Notes under the pieces: generated by a model
The model's input: the letters and a program-made list of their open reading frames with translations, nothing else
What the model was told of the DNA's origin: nothing
Database searches by the model: none
In this document: one piece after another, positions 12,432 to 20,622 of the stretch
Layout: the number at the start of each line of letters is the position of its first letter
Numbering within the stretch: the stretch's first letter is position 1
Made by a program: the position numbers and the translations under genes
Assembly: GCA_050951325.1 (NCBI GenBank)
Contig: JBMNIW010000008.1
Location: forward strand, 96,266 to 160,265
Direction of reading: 5' to 3'
DNA length: 64,000 nt
From: Clostridia bacterium
GTDB lineage: Bacteria > Bacillota > Clostridia > UBA1212 > DUPL01

Positions 12432-12980
12432 CTATAAGTATTCAGATATAACATGTGCTACCTGTTTTGCACAGACCTCTACACCTTCTTGCGTCAAGTG
12501 AAGCAGGTCATCACCAACATACAAATCCAGATTCTTTTTGACAAGGCTGTTGAGATCATTTATTGGTACACTTTCTTCTCTCATCAGTTTCTCAATTGCC
12601 TTGTTGTACTTGTCTATCCTGTCGTTGTTGTTACACAAAAAACCTTCCCTTACAGGCGTGGTGTTTGCAAATATAACAACTGGGCATTTCTTTCTAATCT
12701 CATTAAGAATAAGTCTCATATCTCTAAGATACTCATCAAGATTTGTAAAAATCGGAATATCTTCACTGATAGTATATGTATCCCAAATACCATTATTCCA
12801 GTGAACAATGTCCGGAGCACCAAAAAGAGACAAATATAAATTTATGTTCCACAAAGTATACTTTGCGAACCTTCCATTCTCCTCAGGACCAAACACCTCC
12901 GCTTTCCCTTCCATTAGCTCCTTCACCCTGCTCTGATAGCTTAACCTAATCGAGTCTCCAAGTAACAATACCTTTTTCAT
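12432..12980 (-). CDS. SGNH/GDSL-family hydrolase
   Basis: MKKVLLLGDSI… GDS(L) block I at N-terminus; ~180 aa. Confidence 0.6.
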   Translation of the reverse strand: MKKVLLLGDSIRLSYQSRVKELMEGKAEVFGPEENGRFAKYTLWNINLYLSLFGAPDIVHWNNGIWDTYTISEDIPIFTNLDEYLRDMRLILNEIRKKCPVVIFANTTPVREGFLCNNNDRIDKYNKAIEKLMREESVPINDLNSLVKKNLDLYVGDDLLHLTQEGVEVCAKQVAHVISEYL

Positions 12981-13112
12981 CCAACCGGTCCCCTTTTTTT
13001 CTTTAATATACAATATTGTAAGCCAAAATTCAATATTATCTTGACAAAATAATGTTTTTAACTACTATTTATATGATAATATATATAAAAAAATAGGATG
13101 GAGCTGTGATTT

Positions 13113-14201
13113 ATGCGTTGTCCAAATTGTGGCAAAAAGTTAGATAAAAAAGTTGATATTAAGAAGTGCAGCTATTGCGGCACAAAAATGAAGTGGAAAG
13201 AACCTTGGGATTTAACAACCATAATACTCTTATGTATTACCATTGTCCTGTTTGTCGTATTTCTTTATGTTGTATACGACAGATTCCTTGAAGATAAAAT
13301 AAAGGACAAATATGACAAGGACCCAATTGTAAAGACTACACCTTCATATAGCGATGACAATTTCGATACAGGAAACACCATGGGCAATCTGCAAAACGGA
13401 GGACTTGTTGCAGAAACCGATGACTATGTATATTATCTTGCAATAAACAAGAAGAAAAACATGACATTCATGAGAAGATCCAAAACAGACGAAACAGATG
13501 TGAAGAAAATAGCTGAAGGTAATATTAGATACATCAGCGTTATGAAGGATGCTATATACTTCACTGACAAAGAAAATCACTTAAGCACGATTGCACTGTC
13601 AGGCAGCAAAAAAGACCTTGTTCAGAAAGTGGCTATTGAAACCACATACAATTATACATTGGCAGTTGGTGACTGGATATACTATTGTGACGAACAATTC
13701 AAACTACATAGAATCCGTCCAAACGGCAGCAAGAACACAGCCCTCTCCGAAGGCAAGTTCAAGAGAATCCAGGCAGCCGAAGATATGATCTATGGCCTAA
13801 ATGAGAGCGGTAACATTGTATACATCAAAGGCAATGGTGATAACGAAACAGTCACGGATGTAAAAGCCAACGAGTTTGTAGTATATAACAAGGATTGGAT
13901 ATACTTTCTTGATGACGATGCCATTTACATGGCCAGCACTGAAGACTTCAGCACAGAAAAAGTAAAAGAGATAAAAGCATCCTGCCTAAACATCTTTGAA
14001 GACAAAATCTACTACTTTGACAAGGATGCAGGAAAAGTCTTCTCCATGGATATCGATGGAGAGAATGTGGAAGAGATTGTGGAATTCAATACCAGTGCAA
14101 TATTTGTAACAAAGAGTTCCCTCTTCCTAAAGAGTGCGGAGGATGATCTCATCTACGAATACAAGTTCGGAGAAGATGATGAACCTAAACTTGTGGCATA
14201 A
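13113..14201 (+). CDS. membrane-anchored repeat protein: N-terminal zinc ribbon (CPNCG…CSYCG), one TM, extracellular DUF5050-like beta-propeller repeats
   Basis: Repeated D(W/Y)(I/V)YY… blocks (DYVYYLAINKK, DWIYYCDEQFKLHRIRPNGS, DWIYFLDDDAIYMA, DKIYYFDKDAGKVF) recalling DUF5050/YWTD-like repeats. Confidence 0.5.
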   Translation: MRCPNCGKKLDKKVDIKKCSYCGTKMKWKEPWDLTTIILLCITIVLFVVFLYVVYDRFLEDKIKDKYDKDPIVKTTPSYSDDNFDTGNTMGNLQNGGLVAETDDYVYYLAINKKKNMTFMRRSKTDETDVKKIAEGNIRYISVMKDAIYFTDKENHLSTIALSGSKKDLVQKVAIETTYNYTLAVGDWIYYCDEQFKLHRIRPNGSKNTALSEGKFKRIQAAEDMIYGLNESGNIVYIKGNGDNETVTDVKANEFVVYNKDWIYFLDDDAIYMASTEDFSTEKVKEIKASCLNIFEDKIYYFDKDAGKVFSMDIDGENVEEIVEFNTSAIFVTKSSLFLKSAEDDLIYEYKFGEDDEPKLVA

Positions 14202-14207
14202 CAATCA

Positions 14208-14231
14208 GGGGCTTTACAGCCCCTTTTGTTA
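14208..14231. terminator. bidirectional intrinsic terminator between convergent genes
   Basis: AGGGGCT-ttac-AGCCCCT followed by TTTTGTT. Confidence 0.55.
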
Positions 14232-14944
14232 ATTTATAGAATAATCAAAGTATTGGTCCTGAATAATCAGCTTCTCTTCATCAAAACATATGGCACAGGA
14301 ATACCTTCCAATAATCCTACCCGTATATCCATCAATTCGCATTTCAGCATTAATTAACAATTTACCATTGGAAAATTCAAAAGTTTCAACCTTGAATGGT
14401 TGGGAAAGATATAATTCATAAAGGTTTCCATCCGCATCATGGTAAAAACTTAGGTCTTCAATTACGACATACTGCCTCCATCCGGTTTTGTGTTTTCCAA
14501 AGACAACTGAGGAAAAAACTCTTGATTTGGTATTTGCTTCATCCCATTATCAGTAACTTTAAAGAACAAAAACTTATACGTTGGATTAAAATCCAATCCT
14601 TCGTTTGATGCCAATACACTCTTTGTAAGCTCCAAACTGGTTAAAACAACCTCACCTATACTGTTGCGCTGAAGCACATATTTATCCCCTCCCAAAACAA
14701 GTTCCCAAAAAATATAAGTAGTAGATTCAGGAGAAGGAGTAGGCTCGCTGGTTGGGACAAGCGTAGGCGGAAGAGTTATAATCCTTTCAGTAGCCGCTGC
14801 ACTTACAGTTGATTTCGGAGATTGGGTTGCATTAAGATCTTCGTTCTGTTTGCTCTTGATGAAGTGATTTACAAATAATACAAGACATAGAATTGTAAAC
14901 AAGCTTATGTATAAAACTGTTTTTAGTTTTCTGTTTGTTGTCAT
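14230..14944 (-). pseudogene. surface/membrane protein gene interrupted by a frameshift (or sequencing error) near 14462-14490
   Basis: 160-aa ORF (TM + Pro/Thr linker + domain) stops at 14462; an 85-codon open frame in +1 phase (…KTGWRQYVVIEDLSFYHDADGNLYELYL…QYFDYSIN*) continues to 14230 right before the terminator. Confidence 0.45.
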
Positions 14945-15120
14945 TTGTAGGTCCTTTCTAGATTTTATTTCATGATTAGAATGTCATTAGTAGTTGAAAC
15001 ACCTCCGTTTGCCTGGTGCTTCAGCAGTTGTGCCAGATATAGTTTATCTGAACAGTTTTGTATATGATTCATTGTTTTTTGAAAATTTTATTTCGTTGTG
15101 TAGACAAGCTAAATTTACTC

Positions 15121-15543
15121 CTATATATTTTCGTGTTTTAAATAACAATACAAAAACCCGCAAAGTACAAGTCTTAATACCAATGCCAATACATGCGGTA
15201 CAATAAACACGTCATTTGCAAAAAGACCAATAAAAAATACTATACCAGCTGCAAAATCAACTGCCGTAAGAACAAAAAAACCCTTGTAACGCTTTTTTAT
15301 AACCGTTCTAAAGTATATGACAAACAAGGAAATAAGAAAGGTAATGAAATATAAAAAGGACATAATTTGTAATACTTCATTATCTACAGCCAGCAATGCC
15401 AGAAAAGAATTCAAAAGAGAGTATGAACCCATGAAAAAGGCCAACTCAAAAGGCAAACTCAGCAAAAAGAACGAAAGTATTGACAATAACAGATACACAT
15501 GCGGAAGAAGTTTTACTATTGCACTAGTCCATTTTTTCTTCAC
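15121..15543 (-). CDS. hypothetical small integral membrane protein (4 predicted TM)
   Basis: 140 aa, hydrophobic segments; GTG start with AAGGAGGG RBS. Confidence 0.4.
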   Translation of the reverse strand: MKKKWTSAIVKLLPHVYLLLSILSFFLLSLPFELAFFMGSYSLLNSFLALLAVDNEVLQIMSFLYFITFLISLFVIYFRTVIKKRYKGFFVLTAVDFAAGIVFFIGLFANDVFIVPHVLALVLRLVLCGFLYCYLKHENI

Positions 15544-15645
15544 TTGAAACCCTCCTTGTAACTGTAAACCTTATCCAGATTTTAGTTTCATACTTCACTT
15601 TTGTCAATATAAAAACTGCCTGAACAAAATCCAAGCATCTTAAAA

Positions 15646-16908
15646 TCATTCCATTCCAACAATCCTTATATTGAGGGTTCCTATTGCAGTATCAATCTCG
15701 TCTACCAAAACAATCCACTTGTCACTTACATACATAAGATTATTGTCAACTGATACTCCTTCAATCAAAAAGAAATCCATTGTTGTTAAATCCACCATGA
15801 ACAAGCCTCTCCAGCCGTTCAGATCAAAAACAAATACTTTGTCCGAGCAAAAGGCAGGCTCCCCTTTATAGGATTCCAGTTCGGACATTCGAACAGAATA
15901 TGCATAACCCAGTATACTCAAGTCCATTTTTGATAATGCTTTGTACGTATGACTTGCAAAATACAATGTATTGTCATATATCCCAATACCACTAAAACTG
16001 TTAAGACTTACATCTATATTCTGCTGTTTTTTTGTATCCATGTTGTATACCTTAATGGAAGTCTTGTTCACATTCAGGAATACCAGGTAGTTTTCACTCA
16101 TGTAAAAAGGTTCAGGAATATATGGTATACCTACATTCAAGGAACCGTGAACCGGTATCTCATAAACCATGGATTTATCACCTGTTATCATGTTTATCAG
16201 GTAATAGCGGATATAGGATATTGAGCCTGCTAATGCTTCTGCATATACAACGCAGTCTTCTGTAACCATGTATACATCAATCAGATTATCCATATCAATC
16301 GGCAGTATTTTTTCATTATCCCAGAAATAGGAGTTGCAGTAGTACCTGTCCCCTGACTTGTATACAACGTGTTTCTTCCCTGTTTTTAGATTTTCCACAC
16401 CCGATGATATCCTTGTCAAGCTGCCTGACTTTTTGTCAACATTGTACAGACTGTATAACATGCTTGATTCATCATGCACAGATAAATAAATATCGTCACT
16501 TGCTATTACGAAATCCAACTGCTTTTTGCTTGCTATCTTTTCAGACAGCTGTAGCTTTATGCTGCTGGTCCTGGCATTCAATATTTTGTAAGGTACCGGA
16601 GTTGGGCTTGATGTAGGCTCAGGAGTAAAGGTGGGACTCATGTATGTTGCGGTTGCATATACTGTAGTTACAGGTTCCTCGGTAGGTGTATTGATCAGCA
16701 CAGGATCTTTGTTGTAGTCATTTGCTACATAGTTTAGTAGGATCACTGCAGCCACCAGCAGCCAGCAGGCAGCTGCAATCGTTCCTAAAATTTCAGCACC
16801 TTTAACCTTTTTCAAAGATTTTCTGGACTCAAGCTTCTTTACTCTTTCAATAAGCTGATTGTCCGCCTTTATTTTTCTTATCGTATCCTTTATATCCTTT
16901 CCAGTCAT
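15646..16908 (-). CDS. membrane-anchored DUF5050-like repeat protein (cytoplasmic N-term ~45 aa, 1 TM, Thr/Pro linker, extracellular repeat domain); third gene of ECF sigma operon
   Basis: TM AILGTIAAACWLLVAAVILL, linker TPTEEPVTTVYATATYMSPTFTPEPTSSPTP, repeats DIYLSVHDESSMLYSLYN / DVYMVTEDCVVYAE / NTLYFASHTYKAL / NLMYVSDKWIVLVD similar in style to 13113-14201 protein; 4-nt overlap with upstream gene. Confidence 0.5.
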   Translation of the reverse strand: MTGKDIKDTIRKIKADNQLIERVKKLESRKSLKKVKGAEILGTIAAACWLLVAAVILLNYVANDYNKDPVLINTPTEEPVTTVYATATYMSPTFTPEPTSSPTPVPYKILNARTSSIKLQLSEKIASKKQLDFVIASDDIYLSVHDESSMLYSLYNVDKKSGSLTRISSGVENLKTGKKHVVYKSGDRYYCNSYFWDNEKILPIDMDNLIDVYMVTEDCVVYAEALAGSISYIRYYLINMITGDKSMVYEIPVHGSLNVGIPYIPEPFYMSENYLVFLNVNKTSIKVYNMDTKKQQNIDVSLNSFSGIGIYDNTLYFASHTYKALSKMDLSILGYAYSVRMSELESYKGEPAFCSDKVFVFDLNGWRGLFMVDLTTMDFFLIEGVSVDNNLMYVSDKWIVLVDEIDTAIGTLNIRIVGME

Positions 16909-18161
16909 GTTTCAGCCCATCTCCTTTTCCTTCTATACAAGGTTAGCGACAACAGGACTAAAGGAACCATAATAACAAAATATGTGTTATCGTTTGTTTG
17001 TGGGTTTTCAAGGAAAGGATTTCTTCCTCCAAACAGGTAATCGTAGTAGTCGCCGCCACTTAATCTCCACCCGTCTTCAGTTTTTACGAACTCTGCCACA
17101 AGATGCACTTTCTCAATATTCTCATACATTGGGTCATGATGGTATTCCAGCACTATCTCTGCCTGTGCCTTTTCCGCATCATTGGATATTATTCGACACA
17201 TTTCCGGGTAAAACTTCAAAGGAATATACTGAGCTCCGATATAGAGGAGGTATACTCTGTCACCTTCTCTAATAAAGCCCTTGTTATTCTCTTTTCCAAG
17301 CACTTCATTTATTTTGTCTTCTGTAAACACCCTTTTCGCCAGGTTTACCCAGTCATCATAGAATTGAAAACCCCTGCAGGGAACTTTTACAAACCCAAAT
17401 TCGCTTTTTATGTCTGCATCTTCACTGCCCAAGCCAGACAAATTGAACAAAAACTCGTTATATGCTCCATTTTGCAAAAAGAAAGACAACTGATACGCAT
17501 TTTGAGCAAGGATCCTAACTTCATCCAGTGTTATTTCATCACCATTTTCTTTGGGCATCACTCCAAAATACTTTGGAACATAATTTACATCGCATACCCT
17601 CACACCTTCTTCAGTCTTCCTAATATATACACCTATATGCCTTACATATATCTCTATATCATTAAAACCATGATCGTAGTAAAGATAAGGAACAATAACG
17701 TACGCTTCTCCATCCTTGTTGTATTCCACTCTAATATTCTCCATCAGCTTTTCGGGCAGAGAATACACATCCTGCTCATCACTTTTACGGTAGTACACCT
17801 CATCTCCCTGAACAACAATCTTTTTATATTTCTCCAATTCCTTGTCAATCAAATTTTGCATTTCTTCGGTATAAAAAGACCTCATCTTTTCTTCAAGTTG
17901 CTCAAGGCTTTTGTAATCCCCTATTCCGGGATAGTATTTATCAGCACCAGAGGTAACAGGTGATGCATTTTCATCAATAATGTTGTCAGTATAAAGGAAA
18001 GTATTAGAAAAAAACTCAAATGACTCTACGATAAGGCTTTCCATTTCGCTTTCACTAATTGCATTGTCATTGGAATAAACACAAACACCAAACACAGTTG
18101 CAATCACACATATCAAGATAAAAATCCTTTTCAATTCACTCACCTCATATGTTTTCCTCAT
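16905..18161 (-). CDS. secreted cell-wall-anchored protein with sortase-B-type sorting signal NPQTN
   Basis: N-terminal signal peptide; C-terminus …ENPQTNDN-TYFVIMVPLVLLSLTLY-RRKRRWAET (motif + hydrophobic span + basic tail); overlaps ECF sigma gene by 17 nt. Confidence 0.55.
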   Translation of the reverse strand: MRKTYEVSELKRIFILICVIATVFGVCVYSNDNAISESEMESLIVESFEFFSNTFLYTDNIIDENASPVTSGADKYYPGIGDYKSLEQLEEKMRSFYTEEMQNLIDKELEKYKKIVVQGDEVYYRKSDEQDVYSLPEKLMENIRVEYNKDGEAYVIVPYLYYDHGFNDIEIYVRHIGVYIRKTEEGVRVCDVNYVPKYFGVMPKENGDEITLDEVRILAQNAYQLSFFLQNGAYNEFLFNLSGLGSEDADIKSEFGFVKVPCRGFQFYDDWVNLAKRVFTEDKINEVLGKENNKGFIREGDRVYLLYIGAQYIPLKFYPEMCRIISNDAEKAQAEIVLEYHHDPMYENIEKVHLVAEFVKTEDGWRLSGGDYYDYLFGGRNPFLENPQTNDNTYFVIMVPLVLLSLTLYRRKRRWAET

Positions 18162-18681
18162 AGACTTTCAGCATCTCTCTTGCTCTTTGCAATCTCTTCT
18201 TTACCGCAGAAGAAGAAATATTCAGTATCTTGGCTATTTCATCCACCTTGTACTCTTCCACGTAATAAAGTAGAATGACGGCTTTGTACTTTTCTGGGAG
18301 TTTGGAAACTGCATCAAATATGGAAAAGTCCTTGTATGTAAAGTCGTATACTCCCAAATCCTCCATACTGACATATTCATGTCTTTTCCTGGCTCTTAGT
18401 TTGTTTTTGCATACGTTGATGCAAACACGAAGAAGCCATGCCTTTTCGTGTTCCTCATCATTGAATTTGGGCTTTTTGTAAAGGTATCTCATAAATGTAT
18501 CCTGCACCGAATCTTCGGCATCCTGCTTGTTGCGCAACATGGACAAGGATAACCTGTAGAGCATATCTCCATATTTTTCGACAGGAATCAATAACTTCCA
18601 ACTCCCTTCAACATATACACACATGAAGCAAGCATTTGGTGACACAATTTTGATTATATTACCAAAAAAACACAATATCAA
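18145..18681 (-). CDS. ECF-type RNA polymerase sigma-70 family factor
   Basis: Region 2 (DAEDSVQDTFMRYL…AWLLRVCINVCKNKLRARKR) and region 4 HTH (VEEYKVDEIAKILNISSSAVKKRLQRAR); true start probably internal (ATG 18621 or TTG 18591 with GAAGGGAG RBS). Confidence 0.8.
   Translation of the reverse strand: MILCFFGNIIKIVSPNACFMCVYVEGSWKLLIPVEKYGDMLYRLSLSMLRNKQDAEDSVQDTFMRYLYKKPKFNDEEHEKAWLLRVCINVCKNKLRARKRHEYVSMEDLGVYDFTYKDFSIFDAVSKLPEKYKAVILLYYVEEYKVDEIAKILNISSSAVKKRLQRAREMLKVYEENI
18653..18681 (-). promoter_or_regulatory. candidate sigma-A-type promoter of ECF sigma operon (TTGATA-17-TATAAT)
   Basis: Reverse complement reads TTGATAttgtgtttttttggtaaTATAAT upstream of the sigma gene. Confidence 0.4.
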
Positions 18682-18740
18682 CTGTTGAAAAAACTACTAT
18701 TGCATTAAATCCAAAACTATAGTAGAATATATTTCAGCTG

Positions 18741-18873
18741 GCCAACCCTTATGGGTGTAGCCGGGTCTTACGCAACGCTAGAACGTGAACCCCGTCAGGT
18801 CCGGAAGGAAGCAGCGGTAAGCGTGACCTATCGTGTGCCGTAAGTTTCCCCGGTTACACCCAGTAGGGTTGGC
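18741..18873 (+). ncRNA. ffs: signal recognition particle RNA (4.5S/scRNA)
   Basis: Contains SRP domain IV consensus GTCAGGTCCGGAAGGAAGCAGC flanked by long terminal helix GCCAACCCTTATGGGTGTA/TACACCCAGTAGGGTTGGC; located immediately upstream of dnaX as in other Firmicutes. Confidence 0.75.
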
Positions 18874-18903
18874 TTTATTCATCACACGAAGGAAGGTAAG
18901 AAA

Positions 18904-20610
18904 ATGGCATATGTTGCTCTTTACAGAAAATGGAGACCCCTCACATTTGACGAGGTAGTGGAACAGGAAAGCATTGTCACAATACTGAAAAACACAGTCA
19001 AAACAGGACGTATCGCCCATGCCTATCTTTTTTGTGGAACACGAGGTACCGGTAAAACCACCCTTGCGAAAATTTTTGCAAGGGCTATAAACTGCCTTTC
19101 ACCAAAAGACGGCAATCCTTGCAACGAATGCGATATATGCAAGGGCATATTGTCAGGACAGATTTTAGATGTATCGGAAATAGACGCAGCTTCAAACAAC
19201 GGCGTTGACAACATAAGGGCAATAATCGATGAAACAAACTACGCTCCTTCCATTTCCAAATACAGAGTATACATCATAGACGAGGTTCATATGCTCTCTA
19301 CAGGAGCTTTTAATGCCCTGCTTAAAACACTGGAAGAGCCGCCAAGTGGTGTAGTTTTCATACTGGCAACCACAGAGCCCCACAAGCTCCCGGTGACAAT
19401 TCTTTCAAGATGTCAAAGATACGACTTTAAACGCATATCAAGACAGGGAATAATGTCCCGTCTTGAAGAAATATGCAAAGATATTGGAGTAAAGTATGAG
19501 ACACAGGCTCTTAACTTCATAGCGCAAAAAGCAGATGGCGCATTAAGAGACGCCATAAGTATTCTTGACCAGACAATAGCAGCAAGCGAAAACAACATAA
19601 CATTAAAAGCAGCAAGGGATTCTTCAGGTTCATTGGATAGAATGTTCATAGAACAGTTTGCAGAAAAGCTTCTTCTGCAGGATGGAGGCTCAATATTAAA
19701 ACTTTCAGACAGCATCTTCGCAGATGGAAGAGATCCTTCAAACTTCATATCAGAACTCATGGGTCTTTTCAGAAGTCTTCTCATTGTTCAAAATGTAGAC
19801 AATCCAAAAGAACTGCTTTATGAGGACGACGAGGAGATTGAAAGACTTAAGAAACTCTCCAGCCTTACAAATACAAAGGAAATTGCATACCTTGTAAAAG
19901 AGCTGTCCAAACTTGAAAACAACCTTAAATGGGCAGTGCAAAGAAAAATTGTATTTGAAGCTGGAATGCTTAACCTGTGCGACAGAAGAACAAGCACTGA
20001 AGACGACATGGCAGACAGGATAAGTTTGCTTGAAAGCAAACTGGCCGATTTGGTAGCCAATGGACTAAAATATGCCCAAGTATCCCCTGTAGTGGCAGTG
20101 GAAGAAAAGGTTGAAAAAGTCGAGGAGAAAAAAGAAGAAAATATTGTAGAGCCAAAGGAAGAACCAGTAAAAGAAGAGATTGTTGAAGCTAGGCCCACGA
20201 AAGAGTCAAAAAGCGCAAAACCCATTGACACTCTGGATTGGAATGACTTCTTGCAGAATATTACTGACAAAAACAAATCATCCATATCTGCTTTAATAAG
20301 GGTGAACAGTAAAGGTTTTGTTCTTGAGCCTAATATACTTATAATTGCCTTTTCAAACAAAATGATGATGGACATGGTTGTAAGAAACAATGTGTTTGAC
20401 ATATTGGACGAGTCAGCGTCAATGGCCTTTGGAAAACCCATGAAAGTAAAGCTTTTAATGGAGGACGAACTGGAAGCTTTCAGCGCAAGTTCAGCTGTAG
20501 AAGAAAATGAGCAGGAAAATAAGGAAAAGGACGACAACTTTGAAAATGCACTCAATCTACTCAGTCAACTGGCTGAGGATGAAGGGTTTGAAGTATTCAA
20601 TATTGAGTAA
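18904..20610 (+). CDS. dnaX: DNA polymerase III subunits gamma/tau
   Basis: Walker A GTRGTGKTT, zinc module CxxC…C, AAA+ clamp-loader boxes (SRCQRYDF). Confidence 0.9.
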   Translation: MAYVALYRKWRPLTFDEVVEQESIVTILKNTVKTGRIAHAYLFCGTRGTGKTTLAKIFARAINCLSPKDGNPCNECDICKGILSGQILDVSEIDAASNNGVDNIRAIIDETNYAPSISKYRVYIIDEVHMLSTGAFNALLKTLEEPPSGVVFILATTEPHKLPVTILSRCQRYDFKRISRQGIMSRLEEICKDIGVKYETQALNFIAQKADGALRDAISILDQTIAASENNITLKAARDSSGSLDRMFIEQFAEKLLLQDGGSILKLSDSIFADGRDPSNFISELMGLFRSLLIVQNVDNPKELLYEDDEEIERLKKLSSLTNTKEIAYLVKELSKLENNLKWAVQRKIVFEAGMLNLCDRRTSTEDDMADRISLLESKLADLVANGLKYAQVSPVVAVEEKVEKVEEKKEENIVEPKEEPVKEEIVEARPTKESKSAKPIDTLDWNDFLQNITDKNKSSISALIRVNSKGFVLEPNILIIAFSNKMMMDMVVRNNVFDILDESASMAFGKPMKVKLLMEDELEAFSASSAVEENEQENKEKDDNFENALNLLSQLAEDEGFEVFNIE

Positions 20611-20622
20611 AGGAGTATTGCC

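Noticed and set aside
12453-12839. Plus-strand ORFs antisense to the SGNH hydrolase gene
   Set aside because: Shadow ORFs. The minus-strand frame carries the GDS(L) motif.
17103-17963. 286-aa plus-strand ORF inside the NPQTN surface-protein gene
   Set aside because: Highly hydrophobic/low-complexity translation antisense to a gene with clear signal peptide and sorting signal. No RBS.
19818-20555. 245-aa Ser-rich antisense ORF within dnaX
   Set aside because: Mirror of the Glu/Lys-rich dnaX linker region. Not a plausible protein.
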